Assembly: GCA_013239625.1 (NCBI GenBank)
Contig: MU054323.1
Span: forward strand, 13,563,950 to 13,627,949
Origin: Lama guanicoe
Taxonomy: Eukaryota
Direction of reading: 5' to 3'
DNA: 64,000 nucleotides
Shown: in pieces, positions 51,411-64,000 of the stretch
Layout: each line of letters opens with the position of its first letter
Numbering within the stretch: the stretch's first letter is position 1
Program-made: the position numbers and the translations under genes
Notes under the pieces: generated by a model
Seen by the model: the letters and a program-made list of their open reading frames with translations, nothing else
Databases searched by the model: none
Told to the model about the DNA's origin: nothing

Positions 51411-54400
51411 CTCTTCATTTGGCTTTTAATCTCTCTATGGTCTCTACCTCTAGGCAAAATCTCAGAGTCACTGTTCCAAAGCTAGGCGGAGGGATAGTTG
51501 CCTGCTTTATTCAGAGTGAAGTCCCCCATTATGGGCTGTGCACTGGATGGGTCAGTAGCCTTGTCTTTTTGGTTTGCTTCTCTTGACATGGGACTGCAGC
51601 CTTGTGAGTGGGTGAGGGGGGTTGGAAGCTCAGTATTCTTGGCTTGCTGTGCTTGGGGTAGACCCTTCACCCTGCTGGGTGGAGGAAGGGAGCCATCAGC
51701 TCTCAGCTGCACTCACCTAGAATTTAGCCTCTGTCACAGGGAGCAAGCAATGCTGGCAGCATGCCTCTTCTGCAGATACCATGATCTCTGACATGGAACT
51801 GAGGGGACAGGGAGTCCTGTGTGCTTGGCCACACCTTCCCTAGTTTTCCTCATGCTGAGTAGGAGGGGTGAGAGAGGGGGCAGGTCTTGGCTCAAGTGCT
51901 ACGTATTCTCAGTGTTCTTACCAAGATTTAGTTGATTTTTGAATAAATGTTTTTTCATTTGCTATATGTCCTTAGGACAATTTCAAGAGATTTTAAATAG
52001 TTCTATTTTTAAACTTTTCACCAATTATATTTGTTTTCTTGGGGAATAGATCTGCCAAGCTCCTCATGTTCCCATTTTGAAAGTTGTCCTCCATTTTGAC
52101 AGTTAGTGGAAATGTTGGAGGGACTTCCTCAGAGCATCCATAGCTCTGTACGTGTTGTGGAAGAAATAGGGTAGAGACAGTTTATTTTTATGGAGGAGAG
52201 AGACATAGAACTCTGAACCTGAGTTCCTTTGCCTCCCTCCGTACTTAGAAGTCATTGGGCAGATGGTATGGATGTTTCAATTCAGCTATGTACTATAAAT
52301 GAATGTGTGGGAACAAGATTTATTAATAAAGAATGAGTTTTCTCAGTTTTCTCCCACTCTTTTACTAGCTAAAGGTAATTTTGTCTTTGCTAACACAGAT
52401 TCTCCCCTCTCATTAGTCTCTAAGGAGGTTTCTGTCTTTGTCAGTCTAATACAAGCTTTTATAATTAGGTAGAATTTGCAAAACTGGTAAAGGATAAGAC
52501 CAGAAAGATTAGAGGAAAAAGAAAAAGAGGAAGAGAATCCTAGAGCTGGATGAGAGTAGAAAAATGAAGATGTGTGTATAGGGGGGCATATGTAGCTAGT
52601 TGGGTGGAGAGAGAGCTTTGGGGGCGGTAGGAATGAAAGAACAGGAAGAAGAAAAGAGATTGACTAAGTTTTGTTTTGAGTTATGGATGGCTTTCTTATC
52701 ATGGCCCTTGAGAGATGCAAGGAATGTGTGTAGTACTCTTCTAATTTTGTCTGACTGGTGGTCCATAGTCTTCTATATACAGACTATTCTATGTTAAGCC
52801 CTTATTCTTATTTTAATAAATAAATACTAAATATACCTCTTCCCTGCTTCCTTAATAGATTTCTGCCAGTTGTACTGATTACATAGAACATTGATCTTTA
52901 TATCAGACTCAGGAGAAATGGGAGAGAATCATATTCTGTTTTAAAAACATCTGATTGATCTGTAATTTTAAAAAAGATACAAAACATGTTTTTCATTTGA
53001 TTTGCATATTCAATTCCATAGTTATGTAATGCGTTTTTCATTAATAGCTCTTAAAATGAGGTTCTAAAATGCCATTCCAGCTAACAGAATTCCAACCAAA
53101 ACGATGTGAAATGACATTCTGTGCATATTGCTGAAAAGAATAAATGCCATTTAAGGAGTAAATCGAAATTTTTTTTTTCCTGGATCATTTCATGGGCTGT
53201 TGTGGGAGTTGGTGGGGAAGGGCTAATAGCCATGAAGGACTCCTCCCACTTTACAACTTAGATAACTTAGGACAGTGTTGTTTCAATGAGATATGAATGT
53301 AGGAGAAGCAGTTTAGGAAGTAGAAGAGATGACATTTGGAGGTGTTGGGCTCCCTGTGCTTGTGGGATATTGAGGTGGATGTTTAGTGGGCAGGTAAATA
53401 CATAGATTTGGGCTTTGGGTGCAGATACTGATTTTGAAGTCAGTAGCATAATGATAGCAGTCATATGTGAGGGAATAAATATGATGATGGAGGGAGGAAG
53501 TGAATTTGTGGTAGAGGAGTCATCTGGGCAGAAGATAGAAGAGGCAAAATGCTAGAGTGTGGAGAGAGGAAGGATCAAGTATCAGGGACTGAAAAGCATA
53601 AAACAGTGAAGTATTTCAGGAACTCTGGGAGGCAAGAGAAAATGGACAGTAGTGTCTAATTCTGAGGCAGGGTTAAAAAAACAACACTAAAACAGAAAAG
53701 TAATGTGGTCATTCAAACCTTTATTGAGTGTTGAGAGAATGGATTTGGTGGCAAGGAGATTATTATCTAGCTTTATGAGTTATTTGGTAATGGAGGTGAT
53801 GGAAGATTGCTAGAGGTTGAGGAGTGAATTGGAGGCCGGGAAGCAGATGAAGGAATGTAATCTACTGCTTCAAAAACTTGAAGGAAAAGATAGAAAAAGC
53901 TAGACCATCAACTCATTACTGGAATGCAAGCTCCAAGGGAACAGGGATAATGTCTTTTCATTTTTTAATGAAAAATGAGTTCCCTGAACTCGATATATCT
54001 GTCCTAGTAAGTGAGGACTCAACAAATAGTGTTAACAGAAAGGAAAGACAAGGGGTCAGGGACTTGAGGGTACAAGCAAGAGAGTTGTTTGAATGGTCAA
54101 GTCTGTTCTGCTCCCTCTTTTCTCATTTCTCTGGACTCAGACCCTTGCTTGGTTTTACTGTACTTAACAGACACCAACTGGCTGGCAGCTTTTCTGGTTG
54201 TGGCTAGCCTGTTGTCTATGTCTACAAATGATGGTTTTGAAATCTTGCCGAAGTGCATGTTCAGAGTGCTGTGCATTTACCCCTCAGTGTACAAATGGAT
54301 CATTCTGAAACCTGAGAGAAATGCTCAATGAAATGGTTACTTCCTGATACCCTCCACCCCTTGCCTGACTCTCACAAACTAATCTCTCTGTAACCTCATT

Positions 54401-55349
54401 AAATCCCTCAGTCACTTTTACCATTAGTTCCACTCATTCTCCATACTTACATTTCCCTCTTTAAATTATATTCAGTTTGTCTTATTTTCAATGGGAGGTT
54501 CTCAACTCTGATTGCATGGGGAGACTAAAAATACTGATACTTAAGTCATACTTAAGACCAATGTAAGCAGAATCAGAATGGTGCCTGGATACTGATGTTA
54601 CTTAAAGATCTCTCAGAGTTCTAAGGTGTAGTAAAGATTGAGAACCAATTTCCTAAACATTTGCATGGACATAGTTATACGTCCAAATAGAATGACACTA
54701 TTCTTGACCTGTCTGTTGACCTTCATCCTGACCTTTAGGAATGAAAATATAACATCACATAATCTGAATTGGAGGAAGTACCTTCCCATATACCAATAAA
54801 ACTGGGGGGAGGGGACGGGAAAGGGACAGAGGAAACACCCTCTGAATGGAATTACTAATTGATCTCAAGTTGATCTACCGCTCAGAAGAAGATGAGATCC
54901 TGGGAAAAGGTGTTCCTGCCTGAATTGATCTTTGGCTCCCTGAATTCCTAATGTCTTGTGGACATCCTTGTATTGTTCCACCTCTGTTCTAGGGTGATGC
55001 TATTCAAACTTTAAAATCACCCCATGCCCCCAAAACAGTCTTTTCAAATGTATTTCCCTGTAGAAGCTGAATGTAAGGTTGAATGAAAGTGTAGTTGTTC
55101 TAGTTGAGGCAGGGGTGTGGGAAGTTTTTCACTCCTGGTTATTGGCCCCTCCTGAACTACCCTGAGGCACTTGTGCTAACCGTAGGATTTCCAGAAATAC
55201 AGATTGAAAATCAGTACTTAGAGTGATAGCAGCAAAAAGAGTAAAAGATAACACTAGACTGAGTGTCATAAGTTTGTTTGGCCAATAACATGACAGGGTC
55301 ACTTTCATTGAGTAGCTGTGAAAGGATCCCCTTATAAAATGGAATTTGA

Positions 55350-55812
55350 GATATGAAATGGATAATCTTATGCATGCACCCTCAGAAGAACAGAATTTAA
55401 GAACTGAGAGACTGATTTCCAGTAAAAAATTGAAGATTCACAATAAGTAAAACTGTAACTTTCACTAAATGAAATTAAAATTTTGAGTACTTGATATATG
55501 CCACATGGTCCTTAAATGCATTGTTGACAGTAAATGCCTGATTTACGGAAGACTGAAATTTACCTCCTGGGTAATCAGCATCTGCCAAGAATCTCTTCCC
55601 ATCCTCAAACCAATGAATTTACTGCTTGGGCTTTGAATTGTCCCTTCTTTTCACTCCTTGCCCATAAATACAGCTCACCTCAAACCTTCAAGGGACTTGC
55701 CTGTAGCTTGCCATAGCATGTGTATCCCGACTTGTGTTTCCTCTGCTATTCCTGAATAAACTCAAGTTTTGGTAATTAGACCTTGCCTCAGTTTACCTCT
55801 TTATTTAAGTTA
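55350..55812 (+). mobile_element. LTR-like element
   Basis: CATAAATA, then AATAAA ~55756, ending TTTAAGTTACA. Confidence 0.5.
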
Positions 55813-56643
55813 CATAGTCAGAGCTATAGAGGCCAACATACTCAGTGAGAATGCTGTTAAGTATAGGGTAAGCATCAAAGAAAGACAAATGCAAGGGAAG
55901 TAGAGTAGTCAGATAGTGTGAAGATTTAAAAACCACCCTGTAGGAGATATAATTGAAAGAACTGGCAATGTTTAGTTTGAAGAGAAAAAATGTATCTTGT
56001 GAAATATTTTTAGGACTGTCCCATATAAACAGGAATGAAGCAGTTCTGTATGGCTGTAGAAGGTGGAACATGCACCATTCGGTGGGAAGAAACTTCAGAG
56101 AAAAAGCTTTTGGTTCAGTTTAAGAAGTAAGTTTCTCAGGAACAGGATCACAGACAAAGGAAACAAATTTATGGTTACCACAAGGGGAGAGAGAGGGAAG
56201 GAGGGACAAATTAGGAGTATGGGATTAACAGATACAAACTGCTATACATAAAATAGATAAGAAATATGGATTTACTGTATAGCATAAGGAATTAAATATC
56301 TTGTAATAACCTAGAGTGAAATATAATCTGAAAAAAGAAGGTGAATTACTTTGCTGTGTATCTGAAACTAACAACACTGTAAGTCAAATACTTTTTTTTT
56401 AAACTGTAAGTTTCTAATATTACAATGGGCCCCACTTCATGAATTAGAAAGTTCCGAGTCCTAGGAGATGGTGAGCCACTGACTAAAGGAGAGTGACTTG
56501 TTTACTCCTTCCATCCCTCTCTTCCTCCCTCACACACTCAAATTGAAGATTCACATTAAGTAAAACTGTAACTTTCACTAAATGAAATTAAAATTTTGAG
56601 TACTTGATATATGCCACATGGTCCTTAAATGCATTGTTGACAG
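55427..56643. repeat. 104-bp direct repeat (55427-55530 and 56540-56643), 1 mismatch
   Basis: Base-by-base comparison; offset 1113. Confidence 0.95.
56137..56405 (+). mobile_element. Short L1 3' end with TSD
   Basis: TSD GTAAGTTTCT at 56127-56136 and 56406-56415; similar to the 3' UTR of the L1 at 19.7-20.0 kb. Confidence 0.85.
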
Positions 56644-58019
56644 AGGGATGAATCCCATTTCTTGTGAAGTGTCTCACAAGAAATTAATTTCTATTAACAA
56701 GTTACTAAAGCTTGCAAATGACTTGCTTTAAAATGAAAGACAATTTAGAATGGATTCAGTGTTGTACCTATATAACAGTTATTTTTATTCTGCATTCTGT
56801 GATATTTGGGAGAAAGAGATGTGGGTTATTTGCTAAAGTGTCTAAAATTAGTAATAACCTATGTCATATCAAATGATTATAACAAAGATTAAGTGACCGA
56901 TACTATCTATCCCCGGTCTAATAAAATAGACCGTTCACAGTTTAGTGAGCAACGCACTCTAGTTCTTTTCAATTTTTTTTCCCTAGCTCTGCTCAGTACT
57001 TTTGTTGACGTAAGAAGTCTACTAAATATATACACAACAATACTGTTTTAAAAAAGAACTTTCCCTGATTCAGAGCATATTTGTTAACTTGTTAACATAT
57101 TTGTTAGAGCATATTTGTTAGTTTCCTGTGTTATGGATGAGAATCCACTAGATGGTACTATTACATAAGAGAGCATATTTGGAATAGTACACTGAGAATT
57201 TCTTCTCCATTAAACAATTGCTCAGTGAAAAATTTTTTCAACTCAAACTGTGCCTACTCGATTAATAATGTAACTTGGTCTACAGTGAGGAAGTAAATTG
57301 TCACTATTAAGATTTATGGTAAGCTCCTTGCAAAATAAATGAGTAAGATAATAAATTAGTAGTCTTCTATCAGTTTGTATGCTTGGAATATTATGAACCA
57401 CAACATACTGTATTTTGTACTTGAAAACTGAGCTCCTTTCAGGAAAATATTTTTGTGCTTATGAGAAGGGAATTGCATTTGGTATGCATTTAAAATTTCC
57501 TGCTTTGTAGATGGCAATTTATTGACGATTTGGTGTTTATAAAGTTTTGCCAGGAAGTAAACCATTAATCTGAGCAAGTGTAAACATTATACACTATGCA
57601 ATTAGAAACAGATTTGATTTAGTGGAGCAGCTACATGGAAGCCTCCTTGTAATATTTCCGTGGAGTTCATGCTCTGGAATTGACCTTGGAGTTGGGCCAT
57701 TTGAAAGCAAGCCATTTTGATTCCTAAGTATACTTGGAAGTAATCCAAGATGAACCTGCTTCATATAGAATTCACTTTATAGTATCATTATGACAGAATG
57801 AATCTCCAAATCACCAAAGTAATGAATTACATATGGAGAAGTCAAAGGCTTGAATGGAAAGGATAATTCTATATTTGTTTCAAAAGCAGCAATTAAATAT
57901 ATCAGTAGTAAAGTCACTGTAATTGTTTAAACACTGGGAAATGTACTTAAAGTGACTTATAATAGAGTGAGTAAGCTAATATTACATTTTTTCTTTAAGC
58001 CCTTAAGTCCTTCTAATTT

Positions 58020-58495
58020 AGGGGTTCTTAACCTGGTCCATGGAGCCCTTGAGTGTTCATGGATAGAAAGTAGGGGTCTAGGAACTTTGAGTGGAAGAAT
58101 TACAGCTAACTACAGCTCAGTATTTCCTCTAATTACAAATGTAGACAACAAATCATGGCAGTGTTAGCAGAACCTATGCTTTCGACATCAACAGAAATCA
58201 CATTTATCTTCATTTCACAGTACAGTTGTAGTATCTTGAAATATTTTTCTTGTTCATCACTAGTTTAAATTTATGGTGGTTATTAGACTCTGGATCTTAC
58301 TAAGATGTTAATAAGTAAATGAGTTACTCTATAATAGTTTAGAAATATTTTGATTGCCATATTTTAGTATAATTGATTTCTTTAGATTCCTATGCATTTT
58401 ACTTTATGCATTTAGAAGTAATATTCTGATAAGGGGTTCATAAACTTCACAGACCACCAAAACAGTCTGTAATATAAAAATGTTCAGAAACCCTC
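58020..58495. mobile_element. hAT-Charlie-like element
   Basis: Termini AGGGGTTCTTAACCTGG ... GTTCAGAAACCCT. Confidence 0.55.
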
Positions 58496-60667
58496 TCTAA
58501 ATTGTGCTCTGAGATAGGACATTCTGGAAAAGCCATACATTGTTTTTCTTCCTTAAAAAAGAGTAGCATCCTTTGAACTCTGCCATTTAAGGGTACTGAA
58601 TAACCTGGAGGGTGGATGACTTTGATTAGAAACAGAATCAATGATTACCCTTCCATTTAGCCATAGGAATTTAGAAGGTGATTATTTTGAGTAAGAGAAT
58701 ACTTAGCATTTCAAAATTTATCAGAAAATAAAACTTAAAATTCAAAGCAGTAGATTCTCAACTTTTTGTGGCAAATAGAATTGAGGATTGAACTAAATAG
58801 GCAGGAACCCGCTTCTTAGTATTTACCTCCCCTGAAACAATTCCAAGGTTGAGGAACTAGACAGATGATTAACTTCTCAGTTAACACACAGGTCCAGGTA
58901 ACCTCAAGAAATTAAGAAACATTTAAAGAAGAAGAAGAAAATTTCTACCAGGAATTGAATGAAAAGTTTCTGGTAAAAATAGTACAGTATCCAAAAAATA
59001 TAAAAGGAAACTGAGAAGAAAAATGATAATCAATAACAATAGTAATTTAAAATTATTTGAATTTATTAGAATTATCAGTAAATGTAACTACCAGTTGTAA
59101 CTAATACTGTAATTGTATTTCCTCACACATTGCCCACATCTCATTCCCATTTAACTATGAACCTTGGCAAAGGTTTAAGTGACTCATATGTCCAGTGTGT
59201 TCTCCTGATTCTCCCCAATTTCTTGCTAAAAGTGTCAGTTTAAACAATGTATATTTAAAGAGAAATTTAAGAACTTGGAGGAATTGAGGAAAGAAATAAG
59301 AGATTTATTATTTGCCTACGTGGTCTTTGGATAGTCTTTGTGTTTAAAGAAAGGCTGATGGTGCTACGTGGCTCCTCATTCTGCACAGTTCACTAGTGGG
59401 AAAGTTAGAGCTTCTGGGTGTGGGATTCAGTGCCCTTTATCAGGGAGGATTTGTCGCTGGAAGAATCCAGGCATGAATGCATGAATGCAAGCTCATGTCT
59501 GTTGTTTTAACATAGGGGTCTCCCATGAACCATGGTTCATCTACATGTGGAAAATTGCCAGGTCTGCTGCTAGGGCCCTGAACTCTGTCCTGTTCACTAA
59601 TGGCTCACTCACTGGGCAGAACTGTTTCTGCTCCCTCAAACTTTTCCTTCATCTCTCTTAGAAGCTTGTCTCCTCATTGTCTCACCTGCACCACTATTCC
59701 TCTGACAATGCACCGCAGAGTCAGGGTTAACATCTCACTTATGACACTCTGCATTCAGTCCTTAGATCTTGATCAGGTGGGGGTATTCCACCTCTTAATC
59801 TATAATGCTGTGTTAGTTCTCCAGTCTCCGGTTATTTCTGACCTCGTTTGATATATAAAATGTGATCACAGACCAATGAAACTGATTTTCCTTTGTGGCT
59901 TCTGGAATTCAGTCTTACCACATTAGCTTAGAGTCATACCCTGCATCATTTTTACTTCATTAATCTCTTTTCCCTTCATTCCGTACTAAATGCATTGCTA
60001 GCCATCTTGATTGTCACTGAGATTGTCATTTTAATCCCTTAAACACTTCGGTGGCTCCCTATTTTCCTCTTCATTATCAATGTGCTAGTTGCAGTCAGCA
60101 TTCTGTCAATATTATTTTCCTCAGTCTCAAGATACACTTTCCTGTTATTTCTGCATCCCACCCTAGAAGTCTTTCATCTGTGAACCATTGTTTAAGCTTT
60201 CTCCAGTTATCTCCCTTCCATAATACTCTAGAAACATGACCTCATATTCCAGACTTCAACCCATATCTTTTAAAGTCTTTTTCGATTATTTAGAAGAAAA
60301 TGTAGGCTAATAAGTCTCAGCCAATTAGGGTATCTCCCTGCAGTACTAACACTGGTGTTATACAAGTGGAGATTTATAATTGCAAACATTTCAAGAAAGG
60401 ATAAAGTTACTTACAAGTGTTTGAGTGGTGGCTTCTTTTTGTGTAACTGGCTCTACTTCATGAAATGTTTTATCAGAAACTACAAAGGTGGTTTCTGAAG
60501 CTAGAGTTATGTCTTGTGGAGTTGAGTACAGAACACATCCACTGGGTTGGCTAATAATGAATCATTCTTTTCATATATTAATCTTTAACAGCTTCTCTAC
60601 ATCCGGTTAGACAAATAATTCAACTAGAAAAAGAGATGGAATTTTTGGCAAATATTCACCAGTGCTG

Positions 60668-61015
60668 GTGTCTTAGCACAGATATATAACAAAATATTAT
60701 AAACTAGGCAGCTTAAACGAAAGACATTTATTCCTCACAGGTCTGGAAGTTGGGAGGTACAAGATCAAGATGCCAGCAAATTTGGTTCTCAGTGAGAGCC
60801 TAGTTCTTGGTGAGCGCCTGCTTCCTGGCTTATAGAAAATCACCTCATTGTGTGCTCACATGGCCTTTCTCTCAGCCTTCCTCTTCTTATGAGGATATTA
60901 GTCCCATCATGAGGGTGGGACCTAATTTAAACCTAATCACTCCAAAGGCCTCATCTCCAAATACCATCACAATGGAGGTTAGGGCTTCAACATATGAATT
61001 TTGTGGGAATACAAG
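60668..61015 (-). mobile_element. MLT1A-like MaLR LTR
   Basis: GCAGCTTAAAC...ATTTATTCCTCACAG...GGCTTCAACATATGAATTTTG. Confidence 0.75.
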
Positions 61016-61019
61016 CAAA

Positions 61020-61860
61020 ATTCACTATAGGTACATGATCTGCAGGACCCAGTACAAGATGAAAATGTGGAGGAGCCCTTGTTTCAAAGCAAGAAAAAAG
61101 TGCCATTGATGGTACTAAAATATAAAACTTTCCTGTCTTTTCTGCAGTCTCTCTTGGCCTGTCTTAGTGTCTTTTTCTTGCTACTTAATGTCATACTCCC
61201 TTGAGCACGAGGATACTTGTTGGATGAATGCAGATCCTCACAGGTGCCTGGGACCCTACTATTGGCTACCAGGCTCTGTTTTTTGCCAGCACTAGACCTC
61301 CATGGGAAATCAGTCTCCCTTTCCCTTGGGATTCCTGCCTTAAGCAACAGTGGGCAGGCGATCCCCAAGTGGTTGCAACTGCACCACTGGGAGGTGCTAG
61401 GTACCTGGATAAGGGGTAAGTGAGAAGCTTGCCCTTCTTGTCTCCTGCTAAGCCTACTGTGATGCTGCCAGCCCAGAAAGGGGATGGCCACCACCATGCC
61501 TCTCCCTGAGATAGGGGTGTGTGTGTTTTTGTATGCATCACCCTGAATCTCCCTTTCCTCATACCGAGGGCCACTGGGAGATTGAGTGGGTCTCAGAACA
61601 CCATTGATTAGGAGCTGAGCACCTAAGAACCCATCCCAGGGAGGCAGTGGGAGGCAGGATTGTAGTCGAGCCAGGACTTCAGCCCCCTGGCATATGCTGC
61701 ATTGTTTCATTGGACATCACTTACTAAAAACTTACAAAGATAAAATTACTAAGAATTTAAAGACAAAGACAACAATGCTTTAAACTCCAACTAGGGGCCC
61801 TTCTGAGTGTGTCTCTCTGTGTGACTGTACTGGTCATATGCCCATAGAGCCATCCTTTCA
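61020..61860 (-). mobile_element. MER45-family (hAT-Tip100) element
   Basis: End GGGGCCCTTCTGAGTGTG...GTGTGACTGTACTGGTCATATGCCCATAGAGCC matches the MER45 terminus; its other end is probably at ~60660, before the MLT1A insertion. Confidence 0.6.
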
Positions 61861-64000
61861 TGCAGTCCCTGGGACTTGGCTGTTATAGTACTTGATTTTG
61901 AGTTATATCCTGTTGGTTCATTGTCTTGACGTATCAATGTTCAATGAATAACCTTTTCACATATGCTACTGTTGTGGGTACTGTGTGGTTCAGAAACAAT
62001 GAATATACAGCATAGCCCTTCACGTGGAGTGATACAATGCTATGCTATCCTTCCAATTCTTACAGAATTTATTAGCTTGATCTTAAATGCTATACTTCGT
62101 ATCAGTTAGCATTCATTTAGCAGTATAATTTATACTTTAAACAGATATTTTAATTTTACACACGTGTTTCCATATTGGAGGCCCTCTTTACAAAAGTAAC
62201 ACTTAGATTAGATTATTTTTCCTCTAGTAAATTGATCAGTATTTAGGAAGGGGGAGCATTCACAGATAGAAACCACAAGGAGGAGCTCTGAACTCGTTTA
62301 AGCATCAGAATTTGAAGTTTTTATCTCAAGAATGTATCCATGGGGAATAGGATTATCTTTAAGCATAATTAGTTCCAAGGAAGAATTTTATCAGCTGGTC
62401 TTTGAGCCTTTGGGGAATGGTAACATGTAAACACTTATTAAAATGTTGTGGTGGGAGGGGCACAATTCTGTATAAGTCAGATTAGACAGATGCAAATTAA
62501 ACCAGAGGCTTCCTGCCTTTGGGATTATTTGTTCTTTGGTGGAAGATAGATGTCACATGGTGGATTCTCATCCACGTTAAGAGATGGTGAGGAAAGAGTA
62601 TGGACATTTTTGTAGTTTATAAATAGCTCTGACAAATAGAGATATGAACAGTGTGGCTCTCAGAATCTATTATTTTTCTCAGGGCATCTTTAGGGGTAGT
62701 AGGGAAAGTGATTGAGTTCTGTTTCCATATATTGTAAATTCTCATATCATGAAAGCTTGAATTAAAGTGTGTTGTGGAATGTCTTGTACAAGTATAAATA
62801 AATCGATAAACAGTGTATTGTTAACAGATGAGACAAAGCAATAGAAATGAAAGCTTATAAAGTACATTGATTTGTGGACTTTGTTTTTTGGATTCTATTT
62901 TTAATCTATTTAAAGCCACCCAGTCTCTTGAGCCAGTGGAGAAATGAAGAGTGAGTGTCATATCGAGTCAGAAGTATGTTGGGACAATGTCTGGTGAAAC
63001 TTGAAGGATGGAATCATTCCTGTGATCTTTCTTCTTGGTTCTCCAGCCTGGCTTTGAGATAAGGAATACATACTTTATAAAAATTGGCAAGCTCTATCTG
63101 GTATGGCTAAATACTCAACACTTGGTTGGTTCTACATAGCCAGAGAGTTTGGGTGACTTTTTTTTTTTTTTTAACCCTTGTTGTAAGGTTAGTAGAAGTG
63201 AATTGGGAAGGAGTGGTATGGTTTGACTTTGGTACTTCCAAAAAAAACCAAAGGAAGGTTGGGTTAGACTCAGAGTGTGTAAAACCAAACAGGTCTTTCC
63301 TGGCAAAATAACAGCACTTATTACCATATTACCATTTCTTTGCCTTGCTTTTATTTTTCACCAGCTGGTCTTGTGTTGTGTGCTTATTTGCTTTTAATCG
63401 GTTACCCCCACTGAAATGTAAATATTATCCTGAGGACAGGTGTTGGGTTTGTTCTTGAGTTTATCCTCAGAGTGTAGAACTGTGCCTGGCACAGAGTAAG
63501 TCACGCAATAATTATTTGGGAAGTTTTTAAATCAACAAATCTGTAATGTGTGGTTTACTCTGTCATCTTTTAAAATCATGTTTTTAATCATCTTTTGATT
63601 TGAGATCAAAATCAGGATATTGTAGTGTAATGCTGTTCCTACTTTGATATTGGGAAATAGGGAAATTCTCGATGTTAACTAGACTGATAATTAAGGTTTC
63701 CTCTACTGAGGGAGTCTCCTATACCTCCGTATTCAAAGTGGGGACCTGCAGATTAGTAGCACCAGCAGGCCGCAGCGCAGAACGACTGAATCAGAATCTG
63801 CATTTTTACAAAATGCCAGCCAATTTGTGTATATATTAAAATTTGAATGGGTGACTCCAAAGAATTGAGACTTTAACCAGGCATGTGACTAGATTAGAAA
63901 GTCTCATTTCCTCCTTCAGAACAAAGCAAAAGAAGAAAGGAGGCTGCAAACGGGATGAAATGGAATGTTTTGCAGTGTCCTTTACTCTTTCTGCCTTTAT

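Noticed and set aside
61084..61710. 208-aa minus-strand ORF
   Set aside because: Lies inside a MER45-like element; no protein family resemblance.

Overview
AT-rich mammalian genomic DNA, not prokaryotic: no operons, CRISPR arrays or RNA genes were found. A tRNA-derived SINE fragment and the L1 3' ends look camelid-like, and I saw no Alu, Bov-A, PRE1 or SINEC elements, so the taxon call is inference only. Bases ~1.3-16.9 kb hold the complete 8-exon FAM98A gene on the minus strand: CDS join(16833-16781, 13878-13730, 11674-11540, 7946-7762, 6745-6665, 6112-5996, 3365-3198, 3109-2444), 517 aa, all introns GT-AG and phase-consistent. It has a CpG-island promoter and an AATAAA at 1327-1332. The remaining ~47 kb has no recognisable protein gene and is full of repeats (near full-length Tigger1, L1s, ERV1/MaLR/ERVL LTRs, hAT elements, MIR/L2). 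The best leads are: an orphan CpG island (27.7-28.4 kb) with a neighbouring tandem array of NRF1-like motifs (26.5 kb) and splice sites on both strands; a candidate 61-nt poison exon in FAM98A intron 6; a 104-bp templated duplication abutting snap-back hairpins; and a heavily deleted L1 that keeps both ends. None is a demonstrated new system. Repeat family names come from recalled consensus sequences, and repeat boundaries are approximate unless a TSD is quoted.
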